Program-made: the position numbers and the translations under genes
Assembly: GCA_964016885.1 (NCBI GenBank)
Contig: OZ024741.1
Coordinates: 271,064,001 to 271,128,000 of the forward strand
From: Eledone cirrhosa
Taxonomy: Eukaryota
Direction of reading: 5' to 3'
DNA length: 64,000 nt
Notes under the pieces: model-generated
What the model saw: only the letters and a program-made list of their open reading frames with translations
Databases searched by the model: none
What the model was told of the DNA's origin: nothing
Part shown: positions 26,542 to 38,598 of the stretch, one piece after another
Numbering within the stretch: the stretch's first letter is position 1
Layout of the letters: each line of letters starts with the position of its first letter

Positions 26542-27115
26542 TATGTACACGTACATACATATATATGTACAGACGTACAGTAGTATGTATATATATATAC
26601 ATACATGCACACATATATATATATGTAAGTATGGATTCACCGAATATTTATTATAATGCTCGGTGTGTTTGTAAAAAAACATCCCGTATTAAGCCGTAGC
26701 GTCTAGCAACCATCATTGCTCGTTTGTTCAACACTGACAAAGGAACGCTGTACTAGTTTCAAGCTTATTAGCTATCGTCAGCAACGTATACCTTCCTGCC
26801 AGATTGTTGAACGTATATACTTACCTCATGCATATTAACGGCTGAGTAGCCCAATTTGCATATCGAGTGGGTTAATCGGCCGGGTGCACCGAAAACGATA
26901 AACGGAAAAAATGAACAGTGTTGAACAAACGAGCAACGATGGTTGCTAGACGCTACGGTTTAATACGGGATGTTTGTTTACAAACACACCGAGCATTATA
27001 ATAAATGTTCTGTGAATCCATACGTACATATATATATATGTGCATGTATGTATATATATATATACATACTACTGTACGTCTGTATATATATATGTATGTA
27101 CGTGTACATACTTAT
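26535..27115. repeat. About 200-bp inverted arms with a ~180-bp spacer
   Basis: 26535-26735 is the reverse complement of 26918-27115; adjacent to (TA)n. Confidence 0.85.
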
Positions 27116-27177
27116 ATTTAAGTAACAGCCGTACTAAGAGTGGGAAATGAAATTTCGTTTCATTTTTTCCGTTTATT

Positions 27178-27211
<34 letters not shown>

Positions 27212-27265
27212 TATATAGAAGTGGTTACACAACAGTTAGTTCACCACAACAGTTAGTTCACTATA

Positions 27266-27323
27266 ACCATGCCCATTCCGAGATGAGGATCCGCTAAGGT
27301 GAAACAATTGTTCTCGGTATGGT
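27266..27323 (+). ncRNA. Type-I hammerhead motif, family H, with a C3A change, in a fold-back insert (27217-27415)
   Basis: ccgag-ATGAGGA-tccgctaaggt-GAAA-caattg-TT-ctcgg; extra pairing accat/atggt; inverted arms 27216-27245 / 27320-27350. Confidence 0.65.
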
Positions 27324-27411
27324 GAACTAACTGTTGTGTAACCACTTCTACCTAACTCGTCTCATGGACTGAGTGCTCTACCACTACGGATATTACCTTC
27401 CAGTGTTCCAC

Positions 27412-27448
<37 letters not shown>

Positions 27449-27450
<2 letters not shown>

Positions 27451-27606
27451 AAAAGAGTCAGGACCCCGATAGCTGAGCTCCGGGCGTTTCGACAGCTAGA
27501 TCCATCGGGATCCTGACTTTTTTCCTATTACCCACTCTACTACCCAAAGTATCGAGTACTCTGGTGCGTTATGTTCCACCTCGTGTCTTACCATACTTTC
27601 TTTGTT
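27449..27606. mobile_element. Fold-back pLTR fragment related to family C
   Basis: AGGAAAAGAGTCAGGA / TCCTGACTTTTTCCT arms; ACTCTAC..GTATCGAGTAC. Confidence 0.65.
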
Positions 27607-27697
27607 ATATATATAAGTTTATCCCACGTTGAATCGGGGGTAACCACAGTAAGTAAGGCACTCAATACAAAGTAGAGTATGAATATTTAATGTAGAA

Positions 27698-27750
27698 AGG
27701 CTTCTACAGGACTAGAACTGTTTCATTCTGGAGAAATCATCAGGAAGCCT
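27698..27750 (-). ncRNA. Intact type-I hammerhead ribozyme motif, family A
   Basis: aggcttc-CTGATGA-tttctccagaat-GAAA-cag-ttctagtc-ctg-TA-gaagcct: 7-bp stem I, canonical core, GUA site. Confidence 0.82.
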
Positions 27751-27869
27751 GATGATTTCTCCGGAATGAAACAGTTCCACACACACACACACACACACAT
27801 ACACACACACAAACATACACACACACACGCACACGCACACACACACACACACACACACACGAGCGCGCG

Positions 27870-27913
<44 letters not shown>

Positions 27914-28999
27914 CACACACACACATGCACCAAACACCCACATAAATGTTTGGTTAATTTTTCTAATGTTTCTTTTCGTTTCGTCAGTTTTTGTATATTT
28001 TCTTTTGCGTCTGTTGTGTTTCGTTTCGTCAAGTTTTGTTTTGACTTTCTTTCTATCTTTCTTCCCTCTTCTAATCTCTCTGGTTAATCAAGGGTCACAC
28101 ATCATTTGACAGAAACTCTACTTTCCCGTATCACTTCTATTATATTGATGTGGTTGTTGTTGTTGTTGCTGTTGCTGTGATTTCTTTTGTTTTGTGTTGT
28201 GTGTGTATGTGCGTATGTATGTGAGAGTATGTATGTGTGCATATGCGTGTGTATGTGTAGGTGTATGGGTGGGTATATGTGTATGTGAGAGTATGTGTGT
28301 GTGTATGTGTATGTGTTTGTGTATGTGCGAGTATGTGTGTGTATGTGTTTGTATGTGTATGTGTGGGTGTGTGTATGTGTGTGTATATGTGCGTATGTCT
28401 GTGTGTATGTGCGTACATGTGTGTATGTGAGTATGTGTGTGTGTGTGAGTATATGTGTGCATGTCTGTGTGTGTATGTGCGTGTATGTGTGTGCGTGTGT
28501 ATTATTTTTGGCGGTCGGGGAGCTGTTATAGTCGTTGGTGGTAACAGCAGTGATGGTGGTGGTGATGGTGTTGGTGATTATGGTAGTGGTGGTGATGGTG
28601 GTGGTGGTGGTGATGGGGATGATGATAGTGATGGTAGTGGTGGTAGTGGTGGTCATGGGGTGGGGATGATGATAGTGATGGTAGTGGTGGTGATGGTGGT
28701 GGTGGTGGGGATGGTGGTAGTGATGCTGGTGGTGTTGTAGTTGGTGACGGTGGTTTTGGTGATGGTGGTGATGGTGGTGATCGTAGTGATGGTAGTGGTG
28801 GTAGGTAGGCATCTCAATGAAAGGACAAGATATATTAATAACTTAATTATCCACTAGAGAAATATTGAACTATATTAAACTTAAACGAAAATCATATTTT
28901 GGGGATGATACAAGTCGAATCGGCTAAAAAAAGATCAATTTTAACCATGGTTTCTGAAACTCAACATACAACATCAGGAATTCGAAGACATTGGAATAA

Positions 29000-29066
<67 letters not shown>

Positions 29067-30199
29067 AGGAGGTTATAGTTCACTTGAAGCATTGTGTAAT
29101 GAGGTATAAGCGTTAGAATATGTGTAATAAGGCCAAGACAATGCAGGTATGGACATAGAAAAAAGAATGCAATAGTGAAAGATATTGATGTGAATTCGTC
29201 TTTCACCTTGAATTTATTTAAATGTCCTTAATTTTCGAGATAATATCTCTTCTTCGGAGGGAAGTAAAGGTCTCAAACCAGCGTCTTTAAATCTCTAATG
29301 AAGCCATGCTCAGCATATTTTCATTCGGATTAAAGCAATATAATATTTTATCTAAAATAACCTTTCTATAGTGAACTATAGTAAACCACCACCACGACGT
29401 CACATTTTGTATTTGAGTGTGTATATGTCTGTGAGTGTGTGTCTGTTTGCGAGTTCGTTTCATACGATAGGCCTCAGAGAATTAAACACATACACACATC
29501 TAAACATTCATATAGCCTTAGTAAGTTGCATACGCATTCTCTTCACACACAGACAATTAATCACACACACATCTACACATACAGATACATATGTGATGAT
29601 AGACAGGTGTGCGTGAATGTATGTCTGTGTGTGTCTGTCTTAGTATATGTATGTGAGTGTATGTCAGAGTGTGTGTGAGTGTATGTGAGAGTGTATGTGT
29701 GATCATTTTTATTTTCCTTTGAATTAAAACAATAGAAAACAACACAACGACGTCACATGTAGTATGTGGATATGTAATGTCTGTGAGTGTGTGCGCGCGC
29801 GTTCATTAGGTACGTTATTAAATACACACATATCTACACATACATACAAATGTAACGACTGTAAAAAAAAACGAGGTGAAATCTATGCCTGTGTCTGCGT
29901 GAATGCATGTCTGTGTGAATGTATGTCTGTGTGTGTCTGTTTTAGTATATGTATGTGAGAGTGTATGTGTGTGACTGTGTAGCAACAATTTATTTATTTG
30001 GATACCAACAACAAATGACACAATGAATATTGTTTACCCTACGGTGCTTCAAGATTGACAGATTTTCATTTCCAAATTCTATTATCATTACAATTTTGAT
30101 ATTTAAAAAAAATAAAATCTAGACATTTTGAAATAATTATGAGAACAAAAAAACATATCTTCATATTTATTGTTTACTAATCTGAATAAGAACAGCAGT

Positions 30200-30229
30200 A
30201 ACCTGTGCAACGCCGGGTAATTCAGCTAG
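30200..30229 (+). mobile_element. Helitron 3' terminus
   Basis: Imperfect GC hairpin ACCTGTGCAACGCCGGGT, then a short spacer and CTAG followed by T; 5' end not located. Confidence 0.65.
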
Positions 30230-30919
30230 TATGTATATACATGTACACGAATACTATATGTATACATGTGTGTATGTGAAGAGCTGGCGATTTGATTATT
30301 AGTGAACACCATAACCCCACAATCACCACCACCACCACCATCAACCAACCACCACCAACAACACAACAACAACCCACTACTATCCTCCATCACCACGACC
30401 AGTGACTGTATATAAATGAATAAATAAAGATAGCCTGCCCCAGTTACATTGGTGCTGCCATCTAGCGGCAATAAAGATTATAATGTTAGAATGGAGTATT
30501 TATGTGGTGGTAGTGGTGGTAGTGGTGGTGGTGATGGTTATGGTGGTGATGGTGGTAGTGGTGGTGGTTGTAGTGGTGGTGATGCTGTTGGTAGTGGTGA
30601 TGGTGGTATGATGGTGGTGGTTGTGGTGGTGGCTGTGGTGGTGGTTGTGGTGGTGGTGGTGGTGGTAATGGTGGTGGTAATGTTGGTAGTGGCGATGGTG
30701 GTAGTGGTGGTAAAGGTGGTAGTGGTGGTAGTGGTGATGGTTGTAGTGGTGGTGGTGCTGTTGGTAGTGGTGATGGTGGTATGATGGCAGTGGTGGTAGT
30801 GATGATGTTGATGATGGTACTGATGGTGATGGTGGTAGTGCTGGTGGTGGTGGTGGTGGTAGTGGTGGTAATAGTTCTGATGATATATATCAACTACATA
30901 TTTTATCGACTTCTATGTG

Positions 30920-31100
30920 TCGACCTGCTATGTTATGAGACATAAACACAGAGTAAACACACACAGATATGACGGGCTTCTGATATTACCATGACAGACA
31001 AGCTTTTACATAGTTACTCCTCTACCAAATGTCACCCACAAGGTATTGGTTAACCGAAGGCACTTGCCCAAGGCGCCACGCAGCGGGACTAAAACCAAAC
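30920..31100 (-). mobile_element. Second SINE family (tRNA-type), degenerate
   Basis: Reverse complement ..GTCCCGCTGCGTGGCGCCTTGGGCAAGTG..TTTGGTAGA..GAAGCCCGTC, similar to 58310-58470. Confidence 0.65.
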
Positions 31101-31129
31101 GACCTACTTCAGTGGAACTTCATTCACGT

Positions 31130-31590
31130 GTAGAGTCTACTGCGCAGGCTTCCATGAGAGGACGAGTGCTTCAGTTTATGCAGCACTGATTTTCATTCCA
31201 GCCATGAAGCACTCGACATCAGGGCAACAAGAAGCTAACCACAGATCCCATACTCCCGTAGAAACCTCCAAGGAATGCGGTAATATGTCTTTTCGAGGTT
31301 TACAAAACAAGAATATACTTCTTGGCAATACTCCCACGATTTCTCGAAGACCTATCACAGTGTAAATACTTGGTCGGCTGTTCTGCGTCCGAGGCGAAAA
31401 GAAACACTATTCATCAGCTAGCTTGGACTCGACAATCTCTCGGCATCTCTTTGCCGGACAATTAGCATATACTTTACCGGGGAGGCTTGACAAGGAGATT
31501 CCTCTGTAATTGGAACAATATCTCTTGTTTCCATTTTGGAAAATCAGGATTATCATTCGCGATGCCAATGCTTAGATACCGTTCCGGAGA
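31130..31590 (-). pseudogene. RTE-clade LINE reverse transcriptase fragment
   Basis: [57 protein letters not shown]. Confidence 0.8.
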
Positions 31591-31625
31591 TCCAGGCCAC
31601 CTTCTCATACACACACACACACACA

Positions 31626-31739
<114 letters not shown>

Positions 31740-31829
31740 CTCTCTCTCTCTCTTTATATATATATATGCGTAAGTATCTATATGCATCATCCATCCATAA
31801 ATCTATCTATCTATGAATCAATATGTATT

Positions 31830-31900
<71 letters not shown>

Positions 31901-31997
31901 GTCTGTCTATCTATCTATCAATTTATCTATCATCTATCTATCTATTTCTCTTCCCCCGCCCCCACTCTCTCTCTCTATATATAAATACCCCCTCCCC

Positions 31998-32031
<34 letters not shown>

Positions 32032-32665
32032 GCGCCAACAAATATACAACAATTCTGTGTGTTTAGGGATCTCTTTAAACCCCAATAAGTTCAGTATGTA
32101 TGTTGTGATTATTATTTCCCTGATAAGAGTAGAAACGCCTGCGGTTATCTCCCCTACTAACCTATATAAAAAAAAAAATAAGCCACCAACATTAACATTA
32201 ACATACATAGCCCATTGTTTTACGGACAGAAGAAGCAATATTTGGTTACTTCACTGGACTTGTAGCAAGTTTTGTGGATCACACATAGTTACATACGCAC
32301 ACACACGCCCATATATATACATACATACATGTAAACATACATACATACACATATATAAACATATACAAATACATACATGCACATACTTACATATATGTAT
32401 ACACACACATATATATATATACATACATACACATTTATAAACATATACAAATACATATAAACATACAGACATACACATACTTACATATATGTACACACAC
32501 ACAACACACATATATACATACACATATATAAACATATACATACATATACATGCATACATACTTATATGCATACTTACATACATACTTACATATATACACA
32601 TATATAAACATACAAATACATATATACATACACATATATATATACATACTTACATATATATGTGG

Positions 32666-32741
<76 letters not shown>

Positions 32742-33069
32742 ATTTGCACAGTGACACTTCTAGACATATTTCAGACATCTTAGACCTCATTAACCAAGAA
32801 TAATCTTAGAATCTTAAATGACATCTATCTGAGAAAGATATCTATCTATCTATCTATCTATCTATCTTGATAGAGTAAGACACGCTTCGCATCGGCTCCG
32901 CTATTCCATCGGGATTTACCCTTACTATTGTAAGTACCGGATAAATTTTTTAGTGCAACACATTTGGAACACTAACCCCTGTTATTTAGGGAAACATTTT
33001 TGCATTTACCCCCTTTTTAGGGGGTAAAATAAATATCTATTTTTGCCGAAAAATTTCTTTCTTGGCAGC

Positions 33070-34904
33070 ATGGCGGAAAAGATGGCAGACATGTCTGCCA
33101 TTAGCTCTGCCACGCCCCCCAAGTCTGAAGAACAAAAAATAATTACAACAAAATTAGACATTGAAACAAACAAACAAAATGAAAAAACAAATGTTAAGGA
33201 AAATGAGCAAACAGAAAACAAACAAACAGAAAATAATACAAATAACGACAGGGCAACTTTCGCCCAGAAAACAAAACAATCCATTACATACACACCAATT
33301 GACCTAACTGCCGCCAGAGAAAAACTGGCCGAAGCAAAGAAACACATTGTTTTGGGGGAGAACGGAATGTTTTCCATTAACTCCCCCCCAGAATTCAAGA
33401 AAGCCAGAGCAGAAAACACAGTTCTCTACAGAACTATACTGAACCAGACAAGAAAGCCAGCACAGCCCAGCCAAATGGAAATAGAGTTAGTCCTAAAAGA
33501 CTATATGAAGAATATTCTCTTCATACGAAAGGACCGACTCTATGGCAGCATTTCGGTCCTAACAAGAGACAAAGAAACGGCGGAGAAGCTTTCCCTAAGC
33601 CCACTCTCGTCGACAACATATAGCTTCTATCCCTCCTACATGGGTAGAAGAACACAGAGAGTAAAAGTAAAAACAATGCTGCCCACAATGGACTTCTGGT
33701 GGGCTATTGCTGGCTTCATTGATATGGGCGAAGACACAATGCAGTCAATGGGGAAGGCAACTGGAGATGCGTTCCTGGGAATGGGCCTCGACATACTAGT
33801 CCAAATGAGGCCCGAAAGAATAGCACAAATCCCGGATCGCATCTGGCTGGATGACCTTACCCCAATAGACATAATTGTAGAGGGGAGAAGACCAGCATGC
33901 TATTTATGCATGGAAAGGGGACACGTTAAGGCTAACTGCCCGAAACGTATCCCCCAAAAAGGACTATTGCCCACACCCACCACAAACAGTACACCAACAC
34001 CACCCACCTCTAAAAATACACTAATACCACACACAGCAAACAAAATACAGACACCACCAACCACAAACACAACACAAACATCACCACCACCAGCACCAAA
34101 CACAAGCACGACACAAAAATCACCACCACCAACCACAACACAAACATCACCACCACCATCACCAACCACAAGCACGACACAAACATTACCACCACCACCA
34201 CAAAACCCATTCCAAACAAGTAATAAAAAAAACAGTAACAAATCTACCCCTCCCGCAAAAAAAAAACAACCACACAACACGTCCCTCCCACCTAGCGCTG
34301 AAGAGTTTCCCCCAACTTCTGAAGAAGAAGGAGGAGAAGCCTTCAGACAAGTTAAAAGAAAAAAAAGAAAACACACACCCAGCACACCACAAATAACCCA
34401 CACACAAACACCAACTCCAATCAAAAACACCCCACCCTCAACAAACAAAAATAAATCTGCGCCTCCCCTCTCCGAAACATTGACAGCATCACAAAAAAAG
34501 ACGTTGCAATACACATATATAAATAAAGAAAACAAAAAACTGGTTAAATTAATAAACAATAACCCTATGGTGCAGACCGAAGGGCCAAACTTTATCTCAA
34601 CAGAGAACTTCACCCATTTAAAAATGATAAAGGTCCCTCTGGACCTTTATCGTTCCTTAAAAGAACAATTTAGACGGGACGTGAGCCCCCCCCCTGTTTA
34701 AAACCGTTGAATCGCGTCCTCTTGAAAGATTTCCCCATAACCGCCCCTCTCCCTGACACAACTCCAAATACCCCAACCCCACCACACACGTGTACCCCCA
34801 CACCACCACAAAACATCCCTCCACCCAACACACCTGATGCCATGGAAATTACGCAACCCGGAGAGGTAAGTGCTTTTCTTTCTTCACTTTCAACACCAAA
34901 ATAG
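33070..34904 (+). CDS. Tx1 ORF1, gag-like zinc-knuckle protein; frameshift in the C run at about 34690
   Basis: CYLCMERGHVKANC; Pro/Thr-rich tail; KRKKRK. Copy 2 shows the frame continues PPC.KP.NRVLLK. Confidence 0.85.
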
Positions 34905-37900
34905 ATCAATTGAGAGTTGGCTGTTTGAACGCGCGTGGCCTGGGCTCAGCTTGGAAGCAAGCAAAGCTTCTAAGTGACCTCAGGTCACAAAGTATAGATG
35001 TGATGGTTGTTTGCGAGAGTCGGATCAGCAGCGTGAGACAGCTGGCGCCCGCCTTCGATGACTTTGAGATGCACGCATCTCTCTGTCAACCCGGAGGCGG
35101 GGGGGGGGGAGTTGCCGTACTGCTGGATAAACGTCTGACTCTCGACGTACAGATTGTTCACTCGGACCCGGGGGGTCGATTACTGGTGCTGGACGTCGGA
35201 GGCGGTGAAGGCGGGGCTTTCAGACTGGTCGGTCTTTATGCTCCCTTCGGGGCGGAAAGAGCCGACTTCTTCCAGCGTCTGGAGACTTTTCTAGGAACGT
35301 CGCGTTCCCTGCTTTTAGTGGGGGACTGGAATGGAATCCTAGATGCGCGTTGGGACTATGCAGGGGCATGTCTCGATAGAGGGGGGTGTAGCAGCCTCAA
35401 GGGGTTACTCGATCGATTCGACCTGGTCGATAGATTTCGACTAGATTGTCCAACTGCGCCAACCTGGACCTGGGCAAACCGCAGTGGACAATCTAGATCG
35501 TACCTAGATAGGTTTTTGGTTAGGAGTAAGGATAGGGACGTATTTAGTTGTCCAGAACTGATCATGGTTGGCTATTCAGATCACAAATTAGTGACCTGCG
35601 TGGTCAACCTTGATAGAACGCATAGACAGGGTCCCGGTTACTGGAAGATGAACTTGTCCTTACCGACAAAGAAAGATTACAGAAACCGGATTAGTAGCTT
35701 AGTTAAGATGCGGTTGACGGGAGCGATCGTCAACAGTAGGTGGTGGATATCTCTAAAGAGAGAGATTAGAGTAAGTTCGATAGGTTACAGTAAGGAACTA
35801 GCGGCGAATAGAAATAGGAGGGAAAGGGAGTTAACAGATAAACTAGAAGAGGCGATTAGGAGCGGAGACGTAGCCAGAGTGTTAGCGACGAGAACGGCAT
35901 TGAGCCAGTTCTTTGACGCGAAGCACGAAGGCTGCGTTATCCGAAGTAAAATACGTGCTTTAGGAAACGAGGGGACCAAAGCTGTTAGCTGGGCCCGCGT
36001 GACAGAAGCCAAGAGTGGGATTAAATCCACCATTCGGTCTTTGCGAGACCAGGATGGACGGGTGATCCTTGAACCTGAGCGAATGTGCGAGACCTTTCAA
36101 AGGCACTTTGCTCGACTGTTCGGAGGTGGCGGGGGGCCGGACGGGGATGTGGACTTCGGTCCATACCTCGACGGTCTACCGCGTCTTTCGAGCGGCGAAG
36201 CGGAGTGCTGCGAAAGGCCAATCACAGCCACTGAAATCGGGGAAGCGCTCAGCCAATGCAGCAGACGCAAATCCCCGGGTCTCGATGGTCTACCATACGA
36301 ACTTTATTTAGCTATGCCGGTCTTGTTCTCCGAACTCCTCGAGGCTGTCTATTGCAACTGGCAACAGAACGGGAGAATTCCCTGTTCTGTGACCAAGGGC
36401 GTGGTCACGCTAGTGAGGAAGGACGAGAGCAAGGGGGACGACTTAAGTAACTTTAGGCCCATAACTCTGCTGAATGCAGAGTTACAGATTTTGGCCAAGG
36501 TGTTGGCGAAGAGGTTGGCGCTTGTGGTGGGTGGTTTGGTGGGAGACGCGCAGACATGCGCTATCCCGTCCAGGTCCATTCACGACAACCTCCACCTCAT
36601 GCGATACATCATAGAGAGGGTTGGCTACGAACCCGGCTTTGGTGGGGCCCTGATCAACTTGGATCAATCTAAGGCGTTCGATAGGGTCGACCATGGTTAC
36701 CTGGATGCGGTGCTAGCGGCGGCGGGCTTCGGACCCGTTTTCAGGGGCTGGATTTCTGCCATGCACAGTGGCAACATCTACTCTAGGATTAAAGTAAACG
36801 GCTACCTCTCGGAGCCGTTTCAAATCACCCGATCCATCAGACAGGGGTGTCCCCTCTCCTCCCTTCTGTACGTATAGACTCTCGAGCCACTGCTGCGGAA
36901 GTTGGAGTTGCTGCGGGGCATACCCCTGGAACCGGGATTGCACAAAGCGGTCTCGGCCTATGCCGACGACGTAACAGTAATGGTGGCGGACACCTCGGAA
37001 ATCGGGGCGATCGCCACCCTACTGGAGGAATACGAAAGGCTGACGGGGGCTAAGCTGAACCAGGACAAGTCAGTCGCTTTGCAACTCGGAACGTGGAGGG
37101 GCAAACCGATGCCGTTAGACGGTGTCGTCGGGCGGTGGACGGAGGGCCCGGTGAAGCTGCTCGGGGTCTGGTTCGGACCGGACCTCCAGGTGGAGAAGAA
37201 TTGGGGCGAGGTGACGAGCAGGGTGTTTGCGCTGACCCAGAAGTGGGCCAAGTGCAAACTATCACTGAAAGGTCGGGCGGAGGTGACGAACGCTTACATA
37301 GCGTCCGTCATCTACTACCGCCTGACCGTCGTGCCTTGCCCCAAGGAAAAGCTCACCATCATGGAACGCATGCTCTTCCAGTTCCTCTGGAAGAAGCGGC
37401 CTCCCATGGTGAGGAGATCCATCTGCTGCCAGCACCCTTCGAAAGGAGGGCTGGGTATGCCGTGGCTGTTGATGCGTAGGCACGCATTGAGGCTACGGCA
37501 TCTACAGGTATTCCTCAACGGTCAGCCGGTGTGGGCCCCGTTTGTGAGGCGAGCCTTCCCGCAGCTCGTCTCGCTCACCGAACTGCAATCCTGGGTGAAG
37601 CAAAGACCGAGAAAACTGGGCAACTGGCACACTGAGTGTGCCCAGGCGCTCACGGCTATCTGGCAAGCGGACCCGACTGTCAGTGGAGAATCCACCTCGA
37701 CATTCTATAGAGGGTTGGTGGCTAGCAGGGGCGACGACACCCTTGGAGAGTCGCTAGGCATGGAGGAGGACGAACTGGCCAGCCTGTTCGGTAGAACTTT
37801 CGGCCCGGGACCCATGGACAACTTCCAGAGGTCCCTAGCCTGGCAGTGTTACCGGGGGGGCTCTGCCCGTTCGAGAAAAGCTCTACAGACACGGGCGCCC

Positions 37901-38342
37901 GGGCAGGGATCCCGCGAAAAAGATCTGTCCCAGATGCGTGCGCGACGAGGAAACCGTTGCGCATGCACTGGTACACTGCCCGGGCGTTGCCGATCTGTGG
38001 GGCTACGTCGAACGACTGCTGTCGCGTGTGGCGCCGATTCGATTAACCGCCGAGTCTGTGGTGAACATCAAGCCACCTCCTCCCTTCAGAAATGAAGCAG
38101 AGGCGGTCTTTCTGTGCGTAATAGCCATGATGAAAGAGGTTGTGTGGTGGACGCGCCTGAAAGGTCTGAGGTCGGGTGACTTTCTCTCCGGCCATCACCT
38201 GGTTTACTTCTTCCGATACCACTTCGGAAGAAGAATCAGGATGGAGAGAGAAGTGCTTGGTCCCAGACAGTTTTATGAAAGGTGGGTGAAAGAAGCGAGA
38301 ATGGCCCGTGTAAATGGGCCTTCTCTCTACATTGTTCTGTAG
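34901..38342 (+). pseudogene. Tx1 ORF2 (APE endonuclease, reverse transcriptase, C-terminal zinc finger)
   Basis: CLNARGL, GDWN, SYLDRF, SDH, PGLDG, FRPITLLN, DQSKAFD, RQGCPLS, AYADD, CPRC..ETVAHALVHC; premature TAG at 36875; frameshift in the G run at about 37855; ATA where copy 2 has ATG. Confidence 0.93.
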
Positions 38343-38598
38343 GTGAAGAAGTGAAGAGGAAAGGGGGAGCGCCTCCTCTCTGGGCTTCCCCCGCGAAAAG
38401 AGTTGCACACTTTTCGGGGGTATGTGCAATCCCCAACACGCCCCCTCCCTTTTGAGGACTTTTTATTGTTATATTATTATTGTTATTCCTTTTTTCTTTA
38501 CTCGATTTATGTAAACTCCCCCACTGTGTAAATGTCCCCTTCTTTTGTGCCCTCGTGGCAAATAAATAGAAATTTATCTATCTATCTATCTATCTATC

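Larger units (their letters stand above)
32868..38574 (+). mobile_element. Full-length L1/Tx1-clade non-LTR retrotransposon, copy 1
   Basis: 5' UTR, ORF1 with CCHC, ORF2 with APE, RT and Cys/His motif, and 3' UTR; (CTAT)n on both sides. Confidence 0.93.

Noticed and set aside
33900-34613. Antisense ORFs over Tx1 ORF1
   Set aside because: Shadow frames of a low-complexity A/C-rich coding strand
36875-36877. Programmed readthrough at the TAG in Tx1 ORF2
   Set aside because: Copy 2 has TTG at this codon, so it is a nonsense mutation or sequencing error
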